Positions 25,001-36,800 of a stretch of 64,000 nucleotides of DNA are shown here, in pieces. This DNA comes from Flectonema sp. DT1601 (taxonomy: Eukaryota). How positions within the stretch are numbered: the stretch's first letter is position 1; every line of letters begins with the position of its first letter. The notes under the pieces were generated by a model. The model ran no database searches. It was not told the origin of the DNA and saw only the letters and a list, made by a program, of their open reading frames with translations. Location of the stretch: NCBI GenBank assembly GCA_964019425.1, contig OZ025795.1:372001-436000 (forward strand), read 5' to 3'. The translations under genes were made by a program, and so were the position numbers.

Positions 25001-28000
25001 AGTTTTTTGAAACTTTTTGTTTGCAGCTGGTGGTTTTTTAAAACTTTGTGTGTGGAGCTGGTGGTTTTTCAAAACTTCGCGTGTGGAGCTGGTGGTTTTC
25101 TCAGATTTAGTGTGGAGCTGGCAGTTTTTTGAAACTTATTGTTTTCAGCTGGCAGTTTTTTGAAACTTTGTGTGTGGAGCTGGCAGTTTTTTGAAACTTT
25201 GCGTGTGGAGCTGGTGGTTTTTCAAAACTTCGCGTGTGGAGCTGGCAGTTTTTTGAAACTTTGTGTGTGGAGCTGGCAGTTTTTTGAAACTTTTTGTTTG
25301 CAGCTGGTGGTTTTTTGAAACTTTGCGTGTGGAGCTGGCAGTTTTTCAAAACTTTGCGTGTGGAGCTGGCAGTTTTTTGAAACTTTGTGTGTGGAGCTGG
25401 CAGTTTTTTGAAACTTTTTGTTTGCAGCTGGTGGTTTTTTAAAACTTTGTGTGTGGAGCTGGTGGTTTTTCAAAACTTCGCGTGTGGAGCTGGTGGTTTT
25501 CTCAGATTTAGTGTGGAGCTGGCAGTTTTTTGAAACTTTTTGTTTGCAGCTGGTGGTTTTTTAAAACTTTGTGTGTGGAGCTGGTGGTTTTTCAAAACTT
25601 CGCGTGTGGAGCTGGCAGTTTTTTGAAACTTATTGTTTTCAGCTGGCAGTTTTTTGAAACTTTGCGTATGGAGCTGGTGGTTTTTCAAAACTTCGCGTGT
25701 GGAGCTGGCAGTTTTTTGAAACTTTGTGTGTGGAGCTGGCAGTTTTTTGAAACTTTTTGTTTGCAGCTGGTGGTTTTTTGAAACTTTGCGTGTGGAGCTG
25801 GCAGTTTTTTGAAACTTATTGTTTTCAGCTGGCAGTTTTTTGAAACTTTGTGTGTGGAGCTGGCAGTTTTTTGAAACTTTTTGTTTGCAGCTGGTGGTTT
25901 TTTAAAACTTTGTGTGTGGAGCTGGTGGTTTTTCAAAACTTCGCGTGTGGAGCTGGTAGTTTTCTCAGATTTAGTGTGGAGCTGGCAGTTTTTTGAAACT
26001 TTTTGTTTGCAGCTGGTGGTTTTTTAAAACTTTGTGTGTGGAGCTGGTGGTTTTTCAAAACTTCGCGTGTGGAGCTGGTGGTTTTCTCAGATTTAGTGTG
26101 GATCTGGCAGTTTTTTGAAACTTTGTGTGTGGAGCTGGCAGTTTTTTGAAACTTTTTGTTTGCAGCTGGTGGTTTTTTAAAACTTTGCGTGTGGAGCTGG
26201 CAGTTTTTCAAAACTTTGCGTGTGGAGCTGGCAGTTTTTTGAAACTTTGTGTGTGGAGCTGGCAGTTTTTTGAAACTTTTTGTTTGCAGCTGGTGGTTTT
26301 TTAAAACTTTGTGTGTGGAGCTGGTGGTTTTTCAAAACTTCGCGTGTGGAGCTGGTGGTTTTCTCAGATTTAGTGTGGAGCTGGCAGTTTTTTGAAACTT
26401 TTTGTTTGCAGCTGGTGGTTTTTTAAAACTTTGTGTGTGGAGCTGGTGGTTTTTCAAAACTTCGCGTGTGGAGCTGGTGGTTTTCTCAGATTTAGTGTGG
26501 AGCTGGCAGTTTTTTGAAACTTATTGTTTTCAGCTGGCAGTTTTTTGAAACTTTGTGTGTGGAGCTGGCAGTTTTTTGAAACTTTGCGTGTGGAGCTGGT
26601 GGTTTTTCAAAACTTCGCGTGTGGAGCTGGCAGTTTTTTGAAACTTTGTGTGTGGAGCTGGCAGTTTTTTGAAACTTTTTGTTTGCAGCTGGTGGTTTTT
26701 TGAAACTTTGCGTGTGGAGCTGGCAGTTTTTCAAAACTTTGCGTGTGGAGCTGGCAGTTTTTTGAAACTTTGTGTGTGGAGCTGGCAGTTTTTTGAAACT
26801 TTTTGTTTGCAGCTGGTGGTTTTTTAAAACTTTGTGTGTGGAGCTGGTGGTTTTTCAAAACTTCGCGTGTGGAGCTGGTGGTTTTCTCAGATTTAGTGTG
26901 GAGCTGGCAGTTTTTTGAAACTTTTTGTTTGCAGCTGGTGGTTTTTTAAAACTTTGTGTGTGGAGCTGGTGGTTTTTCAAAACTTCGCGTGTGGAGCTGG
27001 CAGTTTTTTGAAACTTATTGTTTTCAGCTGGCAGTTTTTTGAAACTTTGCGTATGGAGCTGGTGGTTTTTCAAAACTTCGCGTGTGGAGCTGGCAGTTTT
27101 TTGAAACTTTGTGTGTGGAGCTGGCAGTTTTTTGAAACTTTTTGTTTGCAGCTGGTGGTTTTTTGAAACTTTGCGTGTGGAGCTGGCAGTTTTTTGAAAC
27201 TTATTGTTTTCAGCTGGCAGTTTTTTGAAACTTTGTGTGTGGAGCTGGCAGTTTTTTGAAACTTTTTGTTTGCAGCTGGTGGTTTTTTGAAACTTTGCGT
27301 GTGGAGCTGGCAGTTTTTTGAAACTTATTGTTTTCAGCTGGCAGTTTTTTGAAACTTTTTGTTTGCAGCTGGTGGTTTTTTAAAACTTTGTGTGTGGAGC
27401 TGGTGGTTTTTCAAAACTTCGCGTGTGGAGCTGGTGGTTTTCTCAGATTTAGTGTGGAGCTGGCAGTTTTTTGAAACTTTTTGTTTGCAGCTGGTGGTTT
27501 TTTAAAACTTTGTGTGTGGAGCTGATGGTTTTTCAAAACTTCGCGTGTGGAGCTGGTGGTTTTCTCAGATTTAGTGTGGATCTGGCAGTTTTTTGAAACT
27601 TTGTGTGTGGAGCTGGCAGTTTTTTGAAACTTTTTGTTTGCAGCTGGTGGTTTTTTAAAACTTTGCGTGTGGAGCTGGCAGTTTTTCAGAACTTTGCGTG
27701 TGGAGCTGGCAGTTTTTTGAAACTTTGTGTGTGGAGCTGGCAGTTTTTTGAAACTTATTGTTTTCAGCTGGCAGTTTTTTGAAACTTTGTGTGTGGAGCT
27801 GGCAGTTTTTTGAAACTTTGTGTGTGGAGCTGGCAGTTTTTTGAAACTTTTTGTTTGCAGCTGGTGGTTTTTTAAAACTTTGTGTGTGGAGCTGGTGGTT
27901 TTTCAAAACTTCGCGTGTGGAGCTGGTGGTTTTCTCAGATTTAGTGTGGAGCTGGCAGTTTTTTGAAACTTTGTGTGTGGAGCTGGCAGTTTTTTGAAAC

Positions 28001-31000
28001 TTTTTGTTTGCAGCTGGTGGTTTTTTAAAACTTTGCGTGTGGAGCTGGCAGTTTTTCAAAACTTTGCGTGTGGAGCTGGCAGTTTTTTGAAACTTTGTGT
28101 GTGGAGCTGGCAGTTTTTTGAAACTTATTGTTTTCAGCTGGCAGTTTTTTGAAACTTTGTGTGTGGAGCTGGCAGTTTTCTGAAACTTTTTGTTTGCAGC
28201 TGGTGGTTTTTTAAAACTTTGCGTGTGGAGCTGGTGGTTTTTCAAAACTTCGCGTGTGGAGGTGGCAGTTTTTTGAAACTTTGTGTGTGGAGCTGGCAGT
28301 TTTTTGAAACTTTTTGTTTGCAGCTGGTGGTTTTTTGAAACTTTGCGTGTGGAGCTGGCAGTTTTTCAAAACTTTGCGTGTGGAGCTGGCAGTTTTTTGA
28401 AACTTTGTGTGTGGAGCTGGCAGTTTTTTGAAACTTTTTGTTTGCAGCTGGTGGTTTTTTAAAACTTTGTGTGTGGAGCTGGTGGTTTTTCAAAACTTCG
28501 CGTGTGGAGCTGGTGGTTTTCTCAGATTTAGTGTGGAGCTGGCAGTTTTTTGAAACTTTTTGTTTGCAGCTGGTGGTTTTTTAAAACTTTGTGTGTGGAG
28601 CTGGTGGTTTTTCAAAACTTCGCGTGTGGAGCTGGTGGTTTTCTCAGATTTAGTGTGGAGCTGGCAGTTTTTTGAAACTTATTGTTTTCAGCTGGCAGTT
28701 TTTTGAAACTTTGCGTGTGGAGCTGGCAGTTTTCTCAAATTTTGTGTGGAGCTGGTGGTTTTTCAAAACTTTTTGTTTGCAGCTGGCAGTTTTTCGAAAC
28801 TTTGCGTGTGGAACTGGCAGTTTTTTGAAACTTTTTGTTTGCAGCTGGCAGTTTTTTGAAACTTTGCGTGTGGAGCTGGCAGTTTTTTGAAACTTTTTGT
28901 TTTCAGCTTGTGGTTTTTTAAAACTTTGTGTGTGGAGCTGGTGGTTTTTCAAAACTTCGCGTGTGGAGCTGGCAGTTTTTTGAAACTTTGTGTGTGGAGC
29001 TGGCAGTTTTTTGAAACTTTTTGTTTGCAGCTGGTGGTTTTTTGAAACTTTGCGTGTGGAGCTGGCAGTTTTTCAAAACTTTGCGTGTGGAGCTGGCAGT
29101 TTTTTGAAACTTTGTGTGTGGAGCTGGCAGTTTTTTGAAACTTTGCGTATGGAGCTGGTGGTTTTTCAAAACTTCGCGTGTGGAGCTGGCAGTTTTTTGA
29201 AACTTTGTGTGTGGAGCTGGCAGTTTTTTGAAACTTTTTGTTTGCAGCTGGTGGTTTTTTGAAACTTTGCGTGTGGAGCTGGCAGTTTTTTGAAACTTAT
29301 TGTTTTCAGCTGGCAGTTTTTTGAAACTTTGTGTGTGGAGCTGGCAGTTTTTTGAAACTTTTTGTTTGCAGCTGGTGGTTTTTTAAAACTTTGTGTGTGG
29401 AGCTGGTGGTTTTTCAAAACTTCGCGTGTGGAGCTGGTGGTTTTCTCAGATTTAGTGTGGAGCTGGCAGTTTTTTGAAACTTTTTGTTTGCAGCTGGTGG
29501 TTTTTTAAAACTTTGTGTGTGGAGCTGGTGGTTTTTCAAAACTTCGCGTGTGGAGCTGGTGGTTTTCTCAGATTTAGTGTGGATCTGGCAGTTTTTTGAA
29601 ACTTTGTGTGTGGAGCTGGCAGTTTTTTGAAACTTTTTGTTTGCAGCTGGTGGTTTTTTAAAACTTTGCGTGTGGAGCTGGCAGTTTTTCAAAACTTTGC
29701 GTGTGGAGCTGGCAGTTTTTTGAAACTTTGTGTGTGGAGCTGGCAGTTTTTTGAAACTTTTTGTTTGCAGCTGGTGGTTTTTTAAAACTTTGTGTGTGGA
29801 GCTGGTGGTTTTTCAAAACTTCGCGTGTGGAGCTGGTGGTTTTCTCAGATTTAGTGTGGAGCTGGCAGTTTTTTGAAACTTTTTGTTTGCAGCTGGTGGT
29901 TTTTTAAAACTTTGTGTGTGGAGCTGGTGGTTTTTCAAAACTTCGCGTGTGGAGCTGGTGGTTTTCTCAGATTTAGTGTGGAGCTGGCAGTTTTTTGAAA
30001 CTTATTGTTTTCAGCTGGCAGTTTTTTGAAACTTTGTGTGTGGAGCTGGCAGTTTTTTGAAACTTTGCGTGTGGAGCTGGTGGTTTTTCAAAACTTCGCG
30101 TGTGGAGCTGGCAGTTTTTTGAAACTTTGTGTGTGGAGCTGGCAGTTTTTTGAAACTTTTTGTTTGCAGCTGGTGGTTTTTTGAAACTTTGCGTGTGGAG
30201 CTGGCAGTTTTTCAAAACTTTGCGTGTGGAGCTGGCAGTTTTTTGAAACTTTGTGTGTGGAGCTGGCAGTTTTTTGAAACTTTTTGTTTGCAGCTGGTGG
30301 TTTTTTAAAACTTTGTGTGTGGAGCTGGTGGTTTTTCAAAACTTCGCGTGTGGAGCTGGTGGTTTTCTCAGATTTAGTGTGGAGCTGGCAGTTTTTTGAA
30401 ACTTTTTGTTTGCAGCTGGTGGTTTTTTAAAACTTTGTGTGTGGAGCTGGTGGTTTTTCAAAACTTCGCGTGTGGAGCTGGCAGTTTTTTGAAACTTATT
30501 GTTTTCAGCTGGCAGTTTTTTGAAACTTTGCGTATGGAGCTGGTGGTTTTTCAAAACTTCGCGTGTGGAGCTGGCAGTTTTTTGACACTTTGTGTGTGGA
30601 GCTGGCAGTTTTTTGAAACTTTTTGTTTGCAGCTGGTGGTTTTTTGAAACTTTGCGTGTGGAGCTGGCAGTTTTTTGAAACTTATTGTTTTCAGCTGGCA
30701 GTTTTTTGAAACTTTGTGTGTGGAGCTGGCAGTTTTTTGAAACTTTTTGTTTGCAGCTGGTGGTTTTTTAAAACTTTGTGTGTGGAGCTGGTGGTTTTTC
30801 AAAACTTCGCGTGTGGAGCTGGTGGTTTTCTCAGATTTAGTGTGGAGCTGGCAGTTTTTTGAAACTTTTTGTTTGCAGCTGGTGGTTTTTTAAAACTTTG
30901 TGTGTGGAGCTGGTGGTTTTTCAAAACTTCGCGTGTGGAGCTGGTGGTTTTCTCAGATTTAGTGTGGATCTGGCAGTTTTTTGAAACTTTGTGTGTGGAG

Positions 31001-33565
31001 CTGGCAGTTTTTTGAAACTTTTTGTTTGCAGCTGGTGGTTTTTTAAAACTTTGCGTGTGGAGCTGGCAGTTTTTCAAAACTTTGCGTGTGGAGCTGGCAG
31101 TTTTTTGAAACTTTGTGTGTGGAGCTGGCAGTTTTTTGAAACTTTTTGTTTGCAGCTGGTGGTTTTTTAAAACTTTGTGTGTGGAGCTGGTGGTTTTTCA
31201 AAACTTCGCGTGTGGAGCTGGTGGTTTTCTCAGATTTAGTGTGGAGCTGGCAGTTTTTTGAAACTTTTTGTTTGCAGCTGGTGGTTTTTTAAAACTTTGT
31301 GTGTGGAGCTGGTGGTTTTTCAAAACTTCGCGTGTGGAGCTGGTGGTTTTCTCAGATTTAGTGTGGAGCTGGCAGTTTTTTGAAACTTATTGTTTTCAGC
31401 TGGCAGTTTTTTGAAACTTTGTGTGTGGAGCTGGCAGTTTTTTGAAACTTTGCGTGTGGAGCTGGTGGTTTTTCAAAACTTCGCGTGTGGAGCTGGCAGT
31501 TTTTTGAAACTTTGTGTGTGGAGCTGGCAGTTTTTTGAAACTTTTTGTTTGCAGCTGGTGGTTTTTTGAAACTTTGCGTGTGGAGCTGGCAGTTTTTCAA
31601 AACTTTGCGTGTGGAGCTGGCAGTTTTTTGAAACTTTGTGTGTGGAGCTGGCAGTTTTTTGAAACTTTTTGTTTGCAGCTGGTGGTTTTTTAAAACTTTG
31701 TGTGTGGAGCTGGTGGTTTTTCAAAACTTCGCGTGTGGAGCTGGTGGTTTTCTCAGATTTAGTGTGGAGCTGGCAGTTTTTTGAAACTTTTTGTTTGCAG
31801 CTGGTGGTTTTTTAAAACTTTGTGTGTGGAGCTGGTGGTTTTTCAAAACTTCGCGTGTGGAGCTGGCAGTTTTTTGAAACTTATTGTTTTCAGCTGGCAG
31901 TTTTTTGAAACTTTGCGTATGGAGCTGGTGGTTTTTCAAAACTTCGCGTGTGGAGCTGGCAGTTTTTTGAAACTTTGTGTGTGGAGCTGGCAGTTTTTTG
32001 AAACTTTTTGTTTGCAGCTGGTGGTTTTTTGAAACTTTGCGTGTGGAGCTGGCAGTTTTTTGAAACTTATTGTTTTCAGCTGGCAGTTTTTTGAAACTTT
32101 GTGTGTGGAGCTGGCAGTTTTTTGAAACTTTTTGTTTGCAGCTGGTGGTTTTTTGAAACTTTGCGTGTGGAGCTGGCAGTTTTTTGAAACTTATTGTTTT
32201 CAGCTGGCAGTTTTTTGAAACTTTTTGTTTGCAGCTGGTGGTTTTTTAAAACTTTGTGTGTGGAGCTGGTGGTTTTTCAAAACTTCGCGTGTGGAGCTGG
32301 TGGTTTTCTCAGATTTAGTGTGGAGCTGGCAGTTTTTTGAAACTTTTTGTTTGCAGCTGGTGGTTTTTTAAAACTTTGTGTGTGGAGCTGATGGTTTTTC
32401 AAAACTTCGCGTGTGGAGCTGGTGGTTTTCTCAGATTTAGTGTGGATCTGGCAGTTTTTTGAAACTTTGTGTGTGGAGCTGGCAGTTTTTTGAAACTTTT
32501 TGTTTGCAGCTGGTGGTTTTTTAAAACTTTGCGTGTGGAGCTGGCAGTTTTTCAGAACTTTGCGTGTGGAGCTGGCAGTTTTTTGAAACTTTGTGTGTGG
32601 AGCTGGCAGTTTTTTGAAACTTATTGTTTTCAGCTGGCAGTTTTTTGAAACTTTGTGTGTGGAGCTGGCAGTTTTTTGAAACTTTGTGTGTGGAGCTGGC
32701 AGTTTTTTGAAACTTTTTGTTTGCAGCTGGTGGTTTTTTAAAACTTTGTGTGTGGAGCTGGTGGTTTTTCAAAACTTCGCGTGTGGAGCTGGTGGTTTTC
32801 TCAGATTTAGTGTGGAGCTGGCAGTTTTTTGAAACTTTGTGTGTGGAGCTGGCAGTTTTTTGAAACTTTTTGTTTGCAGCTGGTGGTTTTTTAAAACTTT
32901 GCGTGTGGAGCTGGCAGTTTTTCAAAACTTTGCGTGTGGAGCTGGCAGTTTTTTGAAACTTTGTGTGTGGAGCTGGCAGTTTTTTGAAACTTATTGTTTT
33001 CAGCTGGCAGTTTTTTGAAACTTTGTGTGTGGAGCTGGCAGTTTTCTGAAACTTTTTGTTTGCAGCTGGTGGTTTTTTAAAACTTTGCGTGTGGAGCTGG
33101 TGGTTTTTCAAAACTTCGCGTGTGGAGGTGGCAGTTTTTTGAAACTTTGTGTGTGGAGCTGGCAGTTTTTTGAAACTTTTTGTTTGCAGCTGGTGGTTTT
33201 TTGAAACTTTGCGTGTGGAGCTGGCAGTTTTTCAAAACTTTGCGTGTGGCAGTTTTTTGAAACTTTTTGTTTGCAGCTGGTGGTTTTTTGAAACTTTGCG
33301 TGTGGAGCTGGCAGTTTTTTGAAACTTTGTGTGTGGAGCTGGCAGTTATTTGAAACTTTTTGTTTGCAGCTGGTGGTTTTTTGAAACTTTGCGTGTGGAG
33401 CTGGCAGTTTTTTGAAACTTTGTGTGTGGCAGTTTTTTGAAACTTTTTGTTTGCAGCTGGTGGTTTTTTAAAACTTTGTGTGTGGAGCTGGTGGTTTTTC
33501 AAAACTTCGCGTGTGGAGCTGGTGGTTTTCTCAGATTTAGTGTGGAGCTGGCAGTTTTTTGAAAC
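22007..33565. repeat. 31-bp satellite, block 2 (11.6 kb) with higher-order repeats
   Basis: Same monomer and orientation as block 1; periods of 1385 bp (24548/25933) and 4866 bp (24052/28918, 27655/32521). Confidence 0.97.
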
Positions 33566-33830
33566 GAATTTCGATAAAGTGGGAAGTAACGGACTGGGAG
33601 CTTTTGGCTCCTGCCCTATTCCCGATGTAAACTTTCTTTTTATTTTTTATTTTTTTTTAACAGGCCCAAAGGGCGACAATGATGGTTGCTGACCAAGGAA
33701 TAATATTCAAATGAATTTTCGTTTCAAAGAAACGAACAGAATTAAGAGAGAGGCAGAGAAAAAAAAAAAAAAAAAAAAATGAAGAGGAAATAATCAAACA
33801 TGAAAAAAAAAAAAAAAAAAAAAAAAATAT
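33566..33830. mobile_element. Family A terminal region, copy 2 (inverted relative to copy 1)
   Basis: GAATTTCGATAAAGTGGGAAG... is the reverse complement of about 21715-22000. Confidence 0.9.
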
Positions 33831-36800
33831 TAGTCATTCCAAAAATAACCGTCCATTTTAGGGTTCCAGTATTTCATGGGTGAAAATAGGGAGTAAAACT
33901 TAAAACCGAATACCCATTTTAATCGCTTTTGCACCGCCGATTTCATTCCCGCTGCGATTCAAAAAAATGCAGCTGAGATTCAAAAAAATTGTGACATTTT
34001 TGTGTGGTGAAATTTTTGAATAATGGAACTGTTGATGTCTAATCGGCTGCCCCGGGTGCTAAAATGAAAGATCGGTATATGGTTCTATATCCGGCCGTAC
34101 CTGGTCGGATGTTTTACTCTGAAACAGTTACAAAGGCTGCTCGAAGCAAAACAGTACCTTGTACATCTTACACTACACAGCCTATTTTTATTTTTGATTA
34201 GGCTTAGCTTTTTTGGCAACTTTTACTGCTGGCCTTCTTCGTTTTCCTACCGGCAATGAACCGATAATAGAACTAGTTGAACACAGCGATCTGAAACTGG
34301 AACTAGAACTAGATTCACTAACAGAGTAAGAGCCAGTAGAAGACTCACCAGAATCTGAGGTGGGTTCAGTTGTTTCTGAAATAGACTCACTCTCAGTGTT
34401 GGTAGCAGGTGAAAGTTGGCTCGCACCAACCCACATTTAGGCCTTTTGTCACAAAACTGAGCATATGAGATAGCTGTGTGAGTTCTGCAGAAGGCACTCC
34501 AAGGCAAGGTATGGTTCTTTTACATGGAGGACTGTCTCTTTACTTGTCTCGCCGGTTATGTAGTCTTTGCTGAGGACCACGCGGTTTGACTCAGGGCGTG
34601 CATTGGAAATCCAGAAGTTCCAGATATCTCTGTCTTGGCTGCGCTGCTTTACTGATTGGGAGGGATCGTGCTGTTCCAGCCTCTGTAGCTGCTTACGCAT
34701 TGAAGAATCCCTGACATGGGCATTAATCTGGCTATCAGTGTAGCTTAGCGTGAGACAGAGTCTCAAAAACTGAGAACGGACAGCAGGAACTGATTCTTTC
34801 ACGCGTTCAAAAATATCGGAGAGCGGTTCCGGATTGATCGGCTCTGCAGGGACACTGACGGATGCGTAATGCGGATCACTAGTCAGCCTTTTTGCTCGCT
34901 GGTAGCAAGCGTTGCAGATTGAGCGCAGAGGAGCATACGCCGGGATTTCAAGACTACCGCGAAGTGGCTCAAGAAGCTTGTTGAACTTCGGATTCCATCT
35001 TTTCGCGTTAGTGTGCGAGGTGCAGTTGTAGTTGTCTGAGGAGCACGCCTTGTCGGTTCTTGTATTCCCGAAGTGCTTGTATTTCCGGAGGCATGCGATG
35101 CAGATTGCCTTTTCTCCCACTCCGATCTAGCGTCCTCATTACCGGTTCTGGCAAATCCGCGACGACATACTCAGCTGGCATCTCGTGGCACGTGTGACAA
35201 GAGAAGTTTAAGCTGGTGCTTAAGGGAATAATAAGTGTAGTTACGAGAAAAAATGCCAATCTCTGATGCATTTCCCTTTTTTTTCCAGAAAAAAATTAAA
35301 TGCAGCAACAGGATTAACTTTTCCGTGCCGACAGTGACATTCTCTTAGTACCCATAACGCACCTGTCGGGTTCCAACGGTCAGTAAAAAAAGTGAAAAAA
35401 AAATAATCCCATCGCGTAAAATGAGAGATTGGGGCCGAACCTTTCCACCTCGTAAAAAATCTCGAAAATGGATGCATTTTTGACCAACGGCTGCTCGAAG
35501 CAAAACTGGTTTTCGCGGCCGGTTATTTTTGGAATGACTAATTAGTCATTCCAAAAATAACCGTCCATTTTAGGGTTCCAGTATTTCATGGGTGAAAATA
35601 GGGAGTAAAACTTAAAACCGAATACCCATTTTAATCGCTTTTGCACCGCCGATTTCATTCCCGCTGCGATTCAAAAAAATGCAGCTGAGATTCAAAAAAA
35701 TTGTGACATTTTTGTGTGGTGAAATTTTTGAATAATGGAACTGTTGATGTCTAATCGGCTGCCCCGGGTGCTAAAATGAAAGATCGGTATATGGTTCTAT
35801 ATCCGGCCGTACCTGGTCGGATGTTTTACTCTGAAACAGTTACAAAGGCTGCTCGAAGCAAAACAGTACCTTGTACATCTTACACTACACAGCCTATTTT
35901 TATTTTTGATTAGGCTTAGCTTTTTTGGCAACTTTTACTGCTGGCCTTCTTCGTTTTCCTACCGGCAATGAACCGATAATAGAACTAGTTGAACACAGCG
36001 ATCTGAAACTGGAACTAGAACTAGATTCACTAACAGAGTAAGAGCCAGTAGAAGACTCACCAGAATCTGAGGTGGGTTCAGTTGTTTCTGAAATAGACTC
36101 ACTCTCAGTGTTGGTAGCAGGTGAAAGTTGGCTCGCACCAACCCACATTTAGGCCTTTTGTCACAAAACTGAGCATATGAGATAGCTGTGTGAGTTCTGC
36201 AGAAGGCACTCCAAGGCAAGGTATGGTTCTTTTACATGGAGGACTGTCTCTTTACTTGTCTCGCCGGTTATGTAGTCTTTGCTGAGGACCACGCGGTTTG
36301 ACTCAGGGCGTGCATTGGAAATCCAGAAGTTCCAGATATCTCTGTCTTGGCTGCGCTGCTTTACTGATTGGGAGGGATCGTGCTGTTCCAGCCTCTGTAG
36401 CTGCTTACGCATTGAAGAATCCCTGACATGGGCATTAATCTGGCTATCAGTGTAGCTTAGCGTGAGACAGAGTCTCAAAAACTGAGAACGGACAGCAGGA
36501 ACTGATTCTTTCACGCGTTCAAAAATATCGGAGAGCGGTTCCGGATTGATCGGCTCTGCAGGGACACTGACGGATGCGTAATGCGGATCACTAGTCAGCC
36601 TTTTTGCTCGCTGGTAGCAAGCGTTGCAGATTGAGCGCAGAGGAGCATACGCCGGGATTTCAAGACTACCGCGAAGTGGCTCAAGAAGCTTGTTGAACTT
36701 CGGATTCCATCTTTTCGCGTTAGTGTGCGAGGTGCAGTTGTAGTTGTCTGAGGAGCACGCCTTGTCGGTTCTTGTATTCCCGAAGTGCTTGTATTTCCGG

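Noticed and set aside
33566..33630. Terminal motif as a known hammerhead or HDV ribozyme
   Set aside because: No CUGANGA/GAAA core and no HDV nested pseudoknot that I could build by eye; a novel ribozyme is not excluded.
12386..33692. Dozens of ORFs (KKPPAANKKF / CVWSWQFF types) in the 31-bp arrays
   Set aside because: Translations of a 31-bp satellite in all frames, mostly with non-ATG starts.
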